Shown: one piece after another, positions 47,150 to 56,126 of the stretch | Layout: every line of letters begins with the position of its first letter | Numbering within the stretch: the stretch's first letter is position 1 | DNA from: a virus | Reading direction: 5' to 3' (one strand) | Virus record (IMG/VR): IMGVR_UViG_3300042901_002277 | DNA length: 64,000 nt | The notes under the pieces: generated by a model | The model's database searches: none | What the model was told of the DNA's origin: nothing | What the model saw: the letters and a program-made list of their open reading frames with translations, nothing else | Program-made: the position numbers and the translations under genes

Positions 47150-47418
47150 TTGTCAAACCTCACTTCTTGGGATACTTGGATAACTTGTCCGTACTTGGCT
47201 ACTAGGTCATCAGTCGCTTTCAGTGTGTTGCCGTGACACCACTTGACTGCTAAGCCACTTAGGGTATCGCCTTCCTGAACGATTACTCGGTCAATATCAC
47301 AACGATAATTTTCATCACCTCGCATTGAGATAATCATTGCGATAATCGTCACGAGGAATACGAGTGGGAGTGTAATCAGGTCACGCTTGCTTGGTCGGTT
47401 TGTGTAGTGGTTGTTCAT
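47146..47418 (-). CDS. Membrane-anchored LysM protein (paralog of 40350..40682)
   Basis: TM followed by VIVQEGDTLSGLA..C.GNT; sigmaA-type promoter TTGACC-N17-TAATGT upstream. Confidence 0.7.
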   Translation of the reverse strand: MNNHYTNRPSKRDLITLPLVFLVTIIAMIISMRGDENYRCDIDRVIVQEGDTLSGLAVKWCHGNTLKATDDLVAKYGQVIQVSQEVRFDK

Positions 47419-47629
47419 TGTCTGCCCCTTTCAGTAGGTACTAATTACATTAGGGTAGTTTGTGACAAAGGTCAAGGATTTCCGAGCCTTATGGGCATTG
47501 GGTTATACCCGTAGGGCTACCCGTAGGCACTGCGCCAACCTCATAAGCATTTGTAGGTGGCAAGGTGAGTGTGCTACCACCACCTATGCCGGGGCTTCGA
47601 GCTGTGTTGTTCTCGGCTTTGGGGTTAGG

Positions 47630-48418
47630 TTACTTCTTGACGGTGCGCTTCTTTGGTGGCGACTTCTTTTTGACTGACTTCTTTGGCGCTACCTTCACTG
47701 GCGCTAGCGATATGGATACGCCTGCGCTCGCTACTACTGGGATAGTGGTTGTGGTAGTGGTCGCTGGCTCGGTTGCTACTGGCTCACTCTCTACTACTGG
47801 CTCGCTCGCTGTCACTGGCTCGGCTGTCTCGGATATGGGTGCTGTCGTAGTGGTGGTAGTAGGGCTAGTCGTAGTCGTAGTGGTTGTCGTAGTCACTGGG
47901 ATAGTCGTAGTCGTAGTAGTTGTGGTCGTTGTAGGCGTAGTTGTAGTTGTGGTCGTAGGTATCACTCTGTTTACTGTTCCGTCACAGGCGATAGCACAGT
48001 CTCCATTAGTGACTACTGGGTTACTACTTGCGCCAATCAACTGATACACAGCACTACGGGCGAGGGCGATATCTATTCCGTCACGCCATAGGGCAAGCAT
48101 AAAGTTGGGGCGATAGCCGTTGCCACCTGAACCACTGCCAATTCCAACGCCGACATACTCACACACTGCGAACCATTGGTGCGCTTTCGCTATGGCGATA
48201 CCTAGCGAACGGTGACCACCATTGGAATAGGTGACTAGACGCTCAAACGCTTCAGTGCCTACTTCGGTGTCAATAATTGTTAGTAGTGTCGGTTGTTGTG
48301 ACGAGGGTGCTTCTATCGGTTCAGTACACTCGCTTGCCTTCGCTTCGGTGATAGTGACAAGGGGTAGCGATAGCGATAGGGCTAGGGCTAATGCTGTAAG
48401 TGTTCGTGTTCGCTTCAT
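47630..48418 (-). CDS. Secreted Thr-rich protein with Lys-rich tail
   Basis: Signal peptide, poly-Thr tracts, KKSVKKKSPPKKR. Confidence 0.7.
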   Translation of the reverse strand: MKRTRTLTALALALSLSLPLVTITEAKASECTEPIEAPSSQQPTLLTIIDTEVGTEAFERLVTYSNGGHRSLGIAIAKAHQWFAVCEYVGVGIGSGSGGNGYRPNFMLALWRDGIDIALARSAVYQLIGASSNPVVTNGDCAIACDGTVNRVIPTTTTTTTPTTTTTTTTTTIPVTTTTTTTTTSPTTTTTTAPISETAEPVTASEPVVESEPVATEPATTTTTTIPVVASAGVSISLAPVKVAPKKSVKKKSPPKKRTVKK

Positions 48419-48475
48419 AGTAACTCTCTCTCGGTACGGGCTACCCGTAAGGCTACCCGTGGCATTGGAATTTTT

Positions 48476-48832
48476 TCACTTTTTTTCGCTTATCCACTCA
48501 CCACCACTAGCGAACACTGTCTCTCCCTCATTGGTGAAACTCCAAGCGTAATCGCAACAAGGCTTCTGCTGATAGGGGCTAGGGTGTGCGCCTTTCTCTA
48601 ATGACTTCGCTAGTAGTGGAAATGTCTCTAGTAACTTGACGATACAAGCGTGGCACATATTCCACGATTTAGGTTCACTATCAGACATTAGAAACTCAAG
48701 GTTGTCGGTGAAACCACCATAGAAACCAAACGCTTCATAGGGCAAGCACCAACCACTGTCTAGTGTTGTTGCTGTCGGGTGACTTGTCTTGCTCACTTCG
48801 CCACAAGCGTCACACTTCACTGCGTTGCTCAT
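48476..48832 (-). CDS. Cys-rich hypothetical protein
   Basis: CDACG..CHAC. Confidence 0.6.
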   Translation of the reverse strand: MSNAVKCDACGEVSKTSHPTATTLDSGWCLPYEAFGFYGGFTDNLEFLMSDSEPKSWNMCHACIVKLLETFPLLAKSLEKGAHPSPYQQKPCCDYAWSFTNEGETVFASGGEWISEKK

Positions 48833-49122
48833 AGTGCGTACTCTCCACGCTTACGGCGATAGTGCGATACGAATTCGTCACTGTCATAGTCACAAGGTGA
48901 CCACACTATGTCGGCTTCACTAAAGGTATGGTCAAGGTGCAGACGGACTATCACATAGTCAAAGGCGTCGTATGCGTTGTCAGCGATGAACCTGATGCAA
49001 CCTACGAGGGTAGAGCGATACTCAAAGTGTTCAGGTAAGTCATAGCGACACATACTCCAAGCGTCACCATACGAGGGACACTCAACCACTGCGTACCTGC
49101 GTCGGTCTTTCTCGATAGTCAT
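48829..49122 (-). CDS. Hypothetical protein, leaderless
   Basis: ATG 6 nt after TACACT of the 49143 promoter. Confidence 0.6.
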   Translation of the reverse strand: MTIEKDRRRYAVVECPSYGDAWSMCRYDLPEHFEYRSTLVGCIRFIADNAYDAFDYVIVRLHLDHTFSEADIVWSPCDYDSDEFVSHYRRKRGEYAL

Positions 49123-49446
49123 AGGGCAAGTGTACCTAGTGTGATACCAAATTTCCAAAGACGGACTACCCGTATGTCACCCGTGCGCCTTGCGTCAGTC
49201 ATACTCTCTCAACTTCAGTGCGACATAGATGAGGGCGACACCTGCTAGGCACATCAACTCAAGCGCTGCCTCACCGCTCATCGTCACTTCCTAGCGTGAA
49301 CTTAGGCATAACGAATAGCGTGTTGCCCATGCGGTAGGCGTTACGGCTTGCGTTGTACTGTGCGTCAGGGAATAGACGAACTAAGTCGATGGCTGTCAGT
49401 GGCGTGTCGCTTAGGTGAACGACATGACGTAGGTGCTTCACTGCGA

Positions 49447-49641
49447 CTACCTCAACCAAGTTGGGTCGAGCTTTTTTGTGACCTCTAACGAATACATTGC
49501 TTCACGCTCTGACACGACTACTTCGTGAGAGTGCTTTGCTTTGTCACGAATGTTCTGTGCGACTTCATTCGCTTTCTGCTCTGTCTCGTAGAACCCTGCG
49601 ACGTCGTTTCTGTTAGGTCGAAGAATGGTTACTTGATACAT
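49447..49641 (-). CDS. Small hypothetical protein
   Basis: SD GAAAGGGG; promoter at 49683. Confidence 0.55.
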   Translation of the reverse strand: MYQVTILRPNRNDVAGFYETEQKANEVAQNIRDKAKHSHEVVVSEREAMYSLEVTKKLDPTWLR

Positions 49642-49829
49642 CGTTATCCCCTTTCATGAGATACGGTAAGCCTACTACATCGGATACCAGATTTCCAAAG
49701 CGCGTAACGCGTTGCGAATATGGTACGAAGTCGACTTCCAGAGTGTCATGCGGGGCTCTTTCCGGCACTACACCACACCGGTGGGCAGTCGTATTCCAAA
49801 TTTTTAAGCTCGCCGTATTTCAACTAGAT

Positions 49830-50462
49830 TTATCTAAAGCGGCTCTTAGAGACCTTCTTCTTGCCTTTTGCTGCCTCATAGGCCGCCATGTCGTCTATTG
49901 GCGTTACAAGCTCTCCTATGCTCGTCCAGTCCGCCTGTGCTCCTAAGTGCATGACCGCTGTCTTGACTTCCCAGCGCATCTCAGCATCGAATGCAATGTC
50001 TAATAGTTTGATATGCAACTTGTTGAGGTCGTATATGGTCATCGGTGATGAGTCGCCATACCTGAAGTGTTCTCTGAGTGCTGCAGATAGCTCTGCGTAG
50101 TTTCCGTCAACATGAATGATGTCTTCAGGCTTTGTGATGTTTGTAGCTATGTAGCCATATGGCTCTTCCATCAAATTGAGAAACGTCCGCATGAGTTCTC
50201 TCATTTTTTGGGTCCCAAAACCGGCTTCTTCTAACTGTCCAAGGAGCAATACAATGAAGCATCCTTCATAGGTGAAGCTTCTGTCATAGCCTGAGACACC
50301 TGTCTGTATGTAGGCAGGGGGGATAAACCCTTCTTTAATCCAGTTATCGAAAGTCTTGTACTGAGTTTCGGTGTAAAAGGAGAGCTCTTGCAGTGTGAGT
50401 GTAAGAGTTTGTTTCTTTTGTAGATGGAGAGCTTTTATTCTCTCTGTGTCCATAAGTGCCAT
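49830..50462 (-). CDS. MerR-like HTH protein
   Basis: TLQELSFYTETQYKTFDNWIKEGFIPP...GSGYDRSFTY-like pattern. Confidence 0.6.
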   Translation of the reverse strand: MALMDTERIKALHLQKKQTLTLTLQELSFYTETQYKTFDNWIKEGFIPPAYIQTGVSGYDRSFTYEGCFIVLLLGQLEEAGFGTQKMRELMRTFLNLMEEPYGYIATNITKPEDIIHVDGNYAELSAALREHFRYGDSSPMTIYDLNKLHIKLLDIAFDAEMRWEVKTAVMHLGAQADWTSIGELVTPIDDMAAYEAAKGKKKVSKSRFR

Positions 50463-50657
50463 TGTGTTGTTCCTCTAGGTGTAAATATAACAGAAGACGT
50501 GGCAAACCAGGATAAATTTAACTGAAAGTTGGCGCCGTTTTTGTGCCAGTTTGAATTGCTGACTGGCTATAAACACATAGCAGGCTGTTAATGCTGTTTA
50601 AATTTATCCAATAGAGGGGCCAAAATAAAAAAATCGCGGGGAAAGCCTTCGCCTAGA

Positions 50658-51044
50658 TTACAAGTCCCCGCCGTTTCGTTTTAATTTATCCAGAACTCTG
50701 AACTCAGCAAGGGATTTTGACTTGTATCCATTCGCTGTCATTCTGGCATTCATAGCATCGTGTTCTTGTTTCTTTCTTGCTTGCCCTGTCAGCTGTAGAA
50801 CATGCTCTCCATAGAGCGTGAGCCTGTATCGCTCTTTTCCTTTTGCTCCAGCAACCTCTAGGCAACCACTTTTTTCTAGATGCTTGAACGACTCCTCAAC
50901 ATGGTTGGTGTAGTCCCTTCTGTTGAGCTGGAAATTGCGGTAGTCCGCACGAGTAAACCAGCCCTTTTTCATCTTTGCATAACACATGACAACATAGGCT
51001 TGACTGCCTTGTTTGATTGGTTTTCTGTTTGGCAATTGGTTCAT
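50658..51044 (-). CDS. Hypothetical wHTH-like protein
   Basis: LEKSGCLEV...YRLTLYG. Confidence 0.5.
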   Translation of the reverse strand: MNQLPNRKPIKQGSQAYVVMCYAKMKKGWFTRADYRNFQLNRRDYTNHVEESFKHLEKSGCLEVAGAKGKERYRLTLYGEHVLQLTGQARKKQEHDAMNARMTANGYKSKSLAEFRVLDKLKRNGGDL

Positions 51045-51075
51045 GAGCGTGAACTGTATCTACCGTTTTAGAAAA

Positions 51076-51492
51076 TCACAAGCTTTCTTCAGTGTCTTTT
51101 GTCTCTTTATTTACTTCTGAATACTTGGCGTAGTGAAGCGTTGATGCTGCATACTCCGGATTTAGCGTCTTGTACCATCCGCCAATAGACTTCATGAGAA
51201 CCCCGGGATTACCGGTTGCTTCGCATGTCTTTGCGGCAATTTCCTCATACTTTGAAATAATGTCATGAAGGCGTCTTGGCTCATAGCATGTTTCTGAAGG
51301 TTTTACGTAGTACCGCAACTCTCCAAATTTTTCCTTTACTTGGAGGATTTTGTAGTGTGGGTCAAATAGTGATAGTTCTCTGTCGCAGTCGATTACTAGC
51401 TGATACCAGCCCTCGTCAACTTGGATTACCTGCGTCCACCCTGAAGCAATCTTCTGCTTTATCTTCTCTATCTGTGACTGCGTCTCATTCAT
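51076..51492 (-). CDS. Conserved phage hypothetical protein
   Basis: GW..L...QVKEKFGELRYY...TCE.TG.PG...GWYKTL. Confidence 0.7.
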   Translation of the reverse strand: MNETQSQIEKIKQKIASGWTQVIQVDEGWYQLVIDCDRELSLFDPHYKILQVKEKFGELRYYVKPSETCYEPRRLHDIISKYEEIAAKTCEATGNPGVLMKSIGGWYKTLNPEYAASTLHYAKYSEVNKETKDTEESL

Positions 51493-51642
51493 CTCGTGTT
51501 GTCTTCTCGTCCAGTATCTTGGCGCATATGTTACAGAATACTACTCCGGCCTTTTGGTTTCCGAGGAAAGTCTGCCAGTTCTCGCACTTGTGAGGGGTTT
51601 TTGATTTAAACCAATACCAAATGTGCAGAATGTAGTCCATGC

Positions 51643-52116
51643 TCAACCCTGCTTTGTGAAGATGTCAGCACAGCAGTATGCGCCTAGATTCATTGTCAAT
51701 GTACCAAAACCAATCGGAATCGATATTTCAACATACATGGCATTTTTATCACCGACCCCACACAGGTCGCATCCACTTGAGTCGGCCATTAGGAGTGGCA
51801 AGAAACCACTCAAGCATTCATAACAACATCCCACGCCTATTGATGGGGCGAATATGTGCCTGAATGTCGGAGTTGTGGTTGCGAAATGGGGACAAAATTT
51901 ATCAATCTTGTTTAGCAGCTTTCCCAGACTTTCTGTTCTTTTAGCAGAAAAATCAGTATGGCTTATTCCCTTGAAGCCGTGTGGTTCTAAGGTCTCTGTT
52001 GTCTCATCGAACGTTTTTAGTTGCGCTTCAAATAGTTTACGCACGAAATCATGCTGCTCCTGTTCGTTTGCAAATTTTTTGATTTCTGGTTTTGATTTTC
52101 TGTATCTTGGTTGCAT
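51643..52116 (-). CDS. Cys-rich hypothetical protein
   Basis: CPH, CCYEC, CDLC. Confidence 0.55.
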   Translation of the reverse strand: MQPRYRKSKPEIKKFANEQEQHDFVRKLFEAQLKTFDETTETLEPHGFKGISHTDFSAKRTESLGKLLNKIDKFCPHFATTTPTFRHIFAPSIGVGCCYECLSGFLPLLMADSSGCDLCGVGDKNAMYVEISIPIGFGTLTMNLGAYCCADIFTKQG

Positions 52117-52156
52117 ATTTCTCCTTAGTAGGTTTGTTCAGTATTTAGGCTACGAC

Positions 52157-52384
52157 CTAGCAGTGTTTTTCATATGCACGGTGAGCGATTCTGTTTACCT
52201 GGTCACTCAACTCGTCAGCAACGCTTCCGGGATTGTCCCAGCCAAGCTCATCCATGAGCATGTCAAAAAGCTCGGCAACAGCTCGTTCTAGTAAGATAAC
52301 CTGCTTTTCTGGTGACTTCGGAATAGGACCCAACTTGTATATTCCGGACTCCCATGCTCTGGGTGATGTACGTGTAAATTTCAT
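52157..52384 (-). CDS. Hypothetical protein
   Basis: SD AAGGAG. Confidence 0.55.
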   Translation of the reverse strand: MKFTRTSPRAWESGIYKLGPIPKSPEKQVILLERAVAELFDMLMDELGWDNPGSVADELSDQVNRIAHRAYEKHC

Positions 52385-52411
52385 TTCTTCTCCTTTTTTG
52401 ATTTATCCTAG

Positions 52412-52474
<63 letters not shown>

Positions 52475-52484
<10 letters not shown>

Positions 52485-53239
52485 TCTTTTGCAAATTCCA
52501 TAGATGTTTTGATTAGCCTGGAAAACTGTTCTATGCTCATCCAGCTTAAACTTATCTTTTGATTGCAAAAATCATTCAATACTCGGTAGCCGAGTTCTTT
52601 ATCCGACTCCCACCAGGGTGTATCAATTGCTTCTTTTGAAAAAACACACTCCTTGGGCCCCCATGATGAAAAATCGTTATAGAAAACTCTTACATTCAAC
52701 AATATTGTTGGGGGGAATTTACGATAAATCTGCCAGCGAAATTCATCGTTGCTCGACTCGTTTAAATTACAGGAGTGGCACAACAACCCTCGTATAAGTC
52801 CGCTTTCGTGGCAGTGGTCCATTACGATTTTAGAGTCTTCGAATCCGCACATCGCACAGCGGTTTTCTTGCCAGCCCCATAGCTCGTCCAAACCTTCCGA
52901 GCCCTCTAATAGCGAAGCTTTTTGGTCCCATCTTTCAGTATTGTGCTGCCATTGCAAATAAGCTGGTTGCGGTCGGTCGGTCGGTCGAAGATGTCCAGCA
53001 TGTTTAAACTTTTTTTCTGTTTCATACAACCCTGCCATTGCACTATAATTCGAGTAATCACCCAATGAGGAAATACGGTTTTTATTTTTTTCCCTATGCT
53101 GCAAAGCCTCAAATAAGCTTGCTTCTTTTTTAGTTCTAAAAGTTTTAGCGATTTGCTTTCCGCTCGTATCGCGATACTTAACTTGATAGGAGGTTCCCCG
53201 TTTACCTACGCGCTTGTGGATACTCATTTCAGTTTTCAC
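52475..53239 (-). CDS. Endonuclease VII-like nuclease with N-terminal integrase-arm-like DNA-binding domain
   Basis: QENRCAMC...DHCHESGLIRGLLCHSCN; YQVKYRDTSGKQIAKTFRTKKEA. Confidence 0.8.
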
Positions 53240-53268
53240 CTTTTCTCACTGAGTTGCAGGCCCTTCAC

Positions 53269-53559
53269 TTATAAGTCTCTTGGCGGTATCGGCATCCCAC
53301 CACCAGCCATTTTTAGAAATGTCTTTTCGTCAATAACCTCAAACGACCATGCATCCTGGGTGAAGCCATTATTTATTTCGTGCGGCCTTCTATCGATTAG
53401 CGACACTAGCCTGCATCTGACTAATTTCCCACCGATTTTTGAATTGACGTACCACGTCTTAACCGGGTCTCTGGTTTGCCAAATTACATAGATGCAGGTA
53501 TCTGTTTTACCGGCTTTAGTTATTTCCCCAATTGTGCCTTTTTGCGACATGCCCTTCAC
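53269..53559 (-). CDS. Hypothetical protein
   Basis: Coupled ORF. Confidence 0.5.
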   Translation of the reverse strand: MKGMSQKGTIGEITKAGKTDTCIYVIWQTRDPVKTWYVNSKIGGKLVRCRLVSLIDRRPHEINNGFTQDAWSFEVIDEKTFLKMAGGGMPIPPRDL

Positions 53560-54140
53560 CCTCCCTTGTTATTTTTTTGCTGCTTTGCACAGGTCGGCCC
53601 AATTCCAGCAGCAATACTCTGTGGGTCATCCAGAACTTTTCCACATACGCAGCAAATACCGGTATTTTTACCAATCTTGATGATTCCTTCTTCTGTGAGC
53701 TTTATAAAATTTCCATTGGCTACATTGGTGAAGAAGTCATCTCGCGCACTCCGCGAGTAGCCATTCTTGACTTCGAACCAGGTGGGCGAATCAATACGGC
53801 GCTTTCTCAAAGAGCGAGACTTAAAGTCACCCTCTACCACCCATGACAACTTATAAATTTCTTTATTTATACCGTCCATGTAGATACCGTTTTCCACAGA
53901 TACACCACTTGGGTCATAAAACTTATCAACTTTTTTCCGCATCTTAATGGCGGACTGAAGTTGCTTTTCTGTAAAACCACTGTAAGTCACGTAATACTCG
54001 GAGAGGCTCTGAGCGAAATCAGACCACTTCTGTTCTTTCAGCCATTCATACATGTTTTCATTTTTTTTTAAACCGTTACTTACCGGTCTCTGTACGTGTC
54101 TATTGCTTAAACGGCTTCCACCGCTTTTACCGTAACTCAT
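53556..54140 (-). CDS. DUF6011-like Zn-finger protein
   Basis: CCVCGKVLDDPQSIAAGIGPTCA. Confidence 0.7.
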   Translation of the reverse strand: MSYGKSGGSRLSNRHVQRPVSNGLKKNENMYEWLKEQKWSDFAQSLSEYYVTYSGFTEKQLQSAIKMRKKVDKFYDPSGVSVENGIYMDGINKEIYKLSWVVEGDFKSRSLRKRRIDSPTWFEVKNGYSRSARDDFFTNVANGNFIKLTEEGIIKIGKNTGICCVCGKVLDDPQSIAAGIGPTCAKQQKNNKGG

Positions 54141-54241
54141 ATGGCCCCAATGCTTTAATTAGATAGTTTATTTTTATTGAAATAGTTTTAGACAGTGCAC
54201 TGTACCAAGAATTTTTGTACAAATCAACTTTTCCAGCATTG

Positions 54242-54316
54242 TGCCCCTGGTTGGAATTGAACCAACGTGGACCGCTACGGTTTCTACACCTTATAAGAGT
54301 GAGCCGATACAGGGGC
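54242..54316 (-). tRNA. D-armless tRNA-like RNA with UAU (Ile) anticodon and long variable arm
   Basis: GCCCCTG TATCGGCT CACT CTTATAA GGTG TAGAA ACCG TAG CGGT CCAC GTTGG TTCAATT CCAAC CAGGGGC A. Confidence 0.65.
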
Positions 54317-54501
54317 GAGCATCATCGTGCTAACCCCCGTATTCGACCCGTAAAAAACATTAGTTTGGTTGGTTCCCGTCTTCTATCTGAATGGGTGTTT
54401 CTTCTTCTTCTAAATCTTCATACCACTCTACAAATGAATCTGCTCCATTTGTCATCCCTGGTCTTTCAATGTTCACAGATTTTCTTACCCACTTTCGCTT
54501 T

Positions 54502-54774
54502 TCATCCACGTCGTCGCGTCCTGTGGTTTGTTACGGCAGAAGCATATTTTTCTGCGTAATTTGGTTCAGAGTGCTCCATCATTACTACATCGTAAAGCTC
54601 GTCAGCTAAGTCGCGCTCTTTTTGATAATCATTTCGCCAGTTATCCCTGTCTAGGCGAAGTAATACGTTGTTATCACGCAATGCTTTTATTTCGTTTATC
54701 ACCGTTTGAGCAAATGGGCTTGGACTCTTTTTGAGTTCTTCGATGATGTCTAATTGGTCTTCTTCTGCAGACAC
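54502..54774 (-). CDS. Hypothetical coiled-coil protein
   Basis: ORF in operon. Confidence 0.55.
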   Translation of the reverse strand: MSAEEDQLDIIEELKKSPSPFAQTVINEIKALRDNNVLLRLDRDNWRNDYQKERDLADELYDVVMMEHSEPNYAEKYASAVTNHRTRRRG

Positions 54775-54778
54775 TTTT

Positions 54779-55237
54779 CTATCCTTGTTCGTCGTATCTC
54801 TGGTTAATCATCATGTCTTGGACATCTTCTGGCATAAGTAGAAAACCTTTTGCTGGATTGTCCGCACCACCAAGGTTTATCTTATTAGAGCTATTGAATC
54901 TTTCCGGGAATGCTCGCAGGTATCTTTTTAGGCGAGGTACAGAAATGACAATGAAAGCTCCCTCGGGAGAGAAAATGTAAACCCACCATTTAGCAGTGGT
55001 TATGTTTATCCCGCTTTTATTCCAGACCTGCACGCCGTTCACGTCTCTGTATCCGCGTGGGTTTTGGTCTGTTTCAACAACCATTCTCCCGTTGCGGTAT
55101 CTATCACTCTTCACTTCAAACGAACCATCTGACAGGTCGTCAAGAAATGTTGATACAAGAGACTCACCCTGTTGCCCGTAGGCTAGGTCTTTTTTAAAAT
55201 CAAATTTTCGTGCTGGAATATCAAACTCTGCGGCCAT
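54779..55237 (-). CDS. PD-(D/E)XK-like nuclease-fold protein
   Basis: G..GE, FEVKSD, SGI..T.A.WW. Confidence 0.55.
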   Translation of the reverse strand: MAAEFDIPARKFDFKKDLAYGQQGESLVSTFLDDLSDGSFEVKSDRYRNGRMVVETDQNPRGYRDVNGVQVWNKSGINITTAKWWVYIFSPEGAFIVISVPRLKRYLRAFPERFNSSNKINLGGADNPAKGFLLMPEDVQDMMINQRYDEQG

Positions 55238-55274
55238 GAATCAATCATGCCAGCGTTAAAACTCGTTTGCAACC

Positions 55275-55988
55275 TTAGTTTTTATATACTCGCCAGTTTC
55301 CGAGCTTGCCCTGAGAGTTGTCCATAATCCATTTTGCAAAAATAACGTTGCATCGGACATCTTTGAGACCACTCATGCGATTTTCTACGGCGTCTTTTCC
55401 GCAAACATCAGCAACTCGCGACTTCCATGATGAGTTGATTTGGAGAAGTCCAGTATCGTACGATTTATCCTTATTCAGGGCATAAGTCATGTTCCCGTTG
55501 GCATCCCACCTAGCGTTTTGAGCAGCTGGATTACAGCCGCTTTCGCGCCATGCAATATATGAAAAAACCTCAACCGGCAGGAGCCCTACTTCCTCGAAAA
55601 GAGGTTCCCACATTGGGCATCGCTTCGCTTGGTCTCCAGGAATGTTGTAAACAGCACTCATTGGGGGTTCTGGAACATTGCTCACAGGGAGATTTAGTGA
55701 TTGGAGCTTTTCAATGTGCCTGCGACGGGTTATGGAACCGTAATCGCCGTCAACCCTGACGCTTCCAATCGTTCTTTGCAGATTTTTGACTCGCTCACTC
55801 TTCTCTCCGAAGGAGTAATTGTCCAATAAAACCTGCTTGTTTTTGGCCTCTTCCATTCTGTCTGGAGAAACAACAGAGACAGCCGGTAGAGGTGCCAGCA
55901 TGGCTACCTCCGCCTTTGTCCCACCTGGGATTGAAATCCCCAAGGCTCCAAAAAGTATAGAAATAGACCATCCTGTGATTTGCTTCAA
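55275..55988 (-). CDS. Secreted lytic transglycosylase (SLT-like) with PG-binding domain
   Basis: Signal peptide; VDGDYG..T; IAWRESGCNP.A; DTGLLQIN. Confidence 0.8.
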   Translation of the reverse strand: MKQITGWSISILFGALGISIPGGTKAEVAMLAPLPAVSVVSPDRMEEAKNKQVLLDNYSFGEKSERVKNLQRTIGSVRVDGDYGSITRRRHIEKLQSLNLPVSNVPEPPMSAVYNIPGDQAKRCPMWEPLFEEVGLLPVEVFSYIAWRESGCNPAAQNARWDANGNMTYALNKDKSYDTGLLQINSSWKSRVADVCGKDAVENRMSGLKDVRCNVIFAKWIMDNSQGKLGNWRVYKN

Positions 55989-56126
55989 TGTTTTTCTCCT
56001 GAACTCGGCGGATAGGGCAACAGGCTTTAGTAAATAGCCTGCCTATGTCAGTATCGGGTACTTCAATATTACCAAATTATTAGGCAATAGCAACTTCAGC
56101 GATAGTTTAACTCTTGACGAGTGGCT

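Larger units (their letters stand above)
21321..49700. promoter_or_regulatory. Repeated phage promoter TTTTGGAAATTTGGTATC-N8-TANNNT (about 33 copies)
   Basis: Minus-strand copies (read on + as GATACCAAATTTCCAAAA or 1-3 mismatch variants) start at 21321,21379,22561,24092,25072,25629,27045,27600,28335,29479,30125,30848,31478,32153,32423,33017,33359,33973,34443,35241,35796,36406,37232,37859,38191,38726,39187,40310,41187,49143,49683; plus-strand copies at about 41239 and 44995; each has TANNNT exactly 8 nt downstream. Confidence 0.92.

Noticed and set aside
21321-49700. CRISPR array interpretation of the GATACCAAATTTCCAAAA repeats
   Set aside because: Repeats are mostly hundreds to thousands of bases apart with genes between them, each is tied to a -10 hexamer, and no cas genes are present
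52970-52987. (GGTC)n microsatellite in the EndoVII-like gene
   Set aside because: Only about 4 units and the frame is intact; no evidence of phase variation
54242-54316. tmRNA tRNA-like domain
   Set aside because: No G3-U70 alanine determinant and no tag ORF; it has a compact anticodon-like arm instead
55995-56060. Possible riboswitch before the transglycosylase gene
   Set aside because: A hairpin is present but I could not match c-di-AMP (ydaO) or other riboswitch consensus motifs
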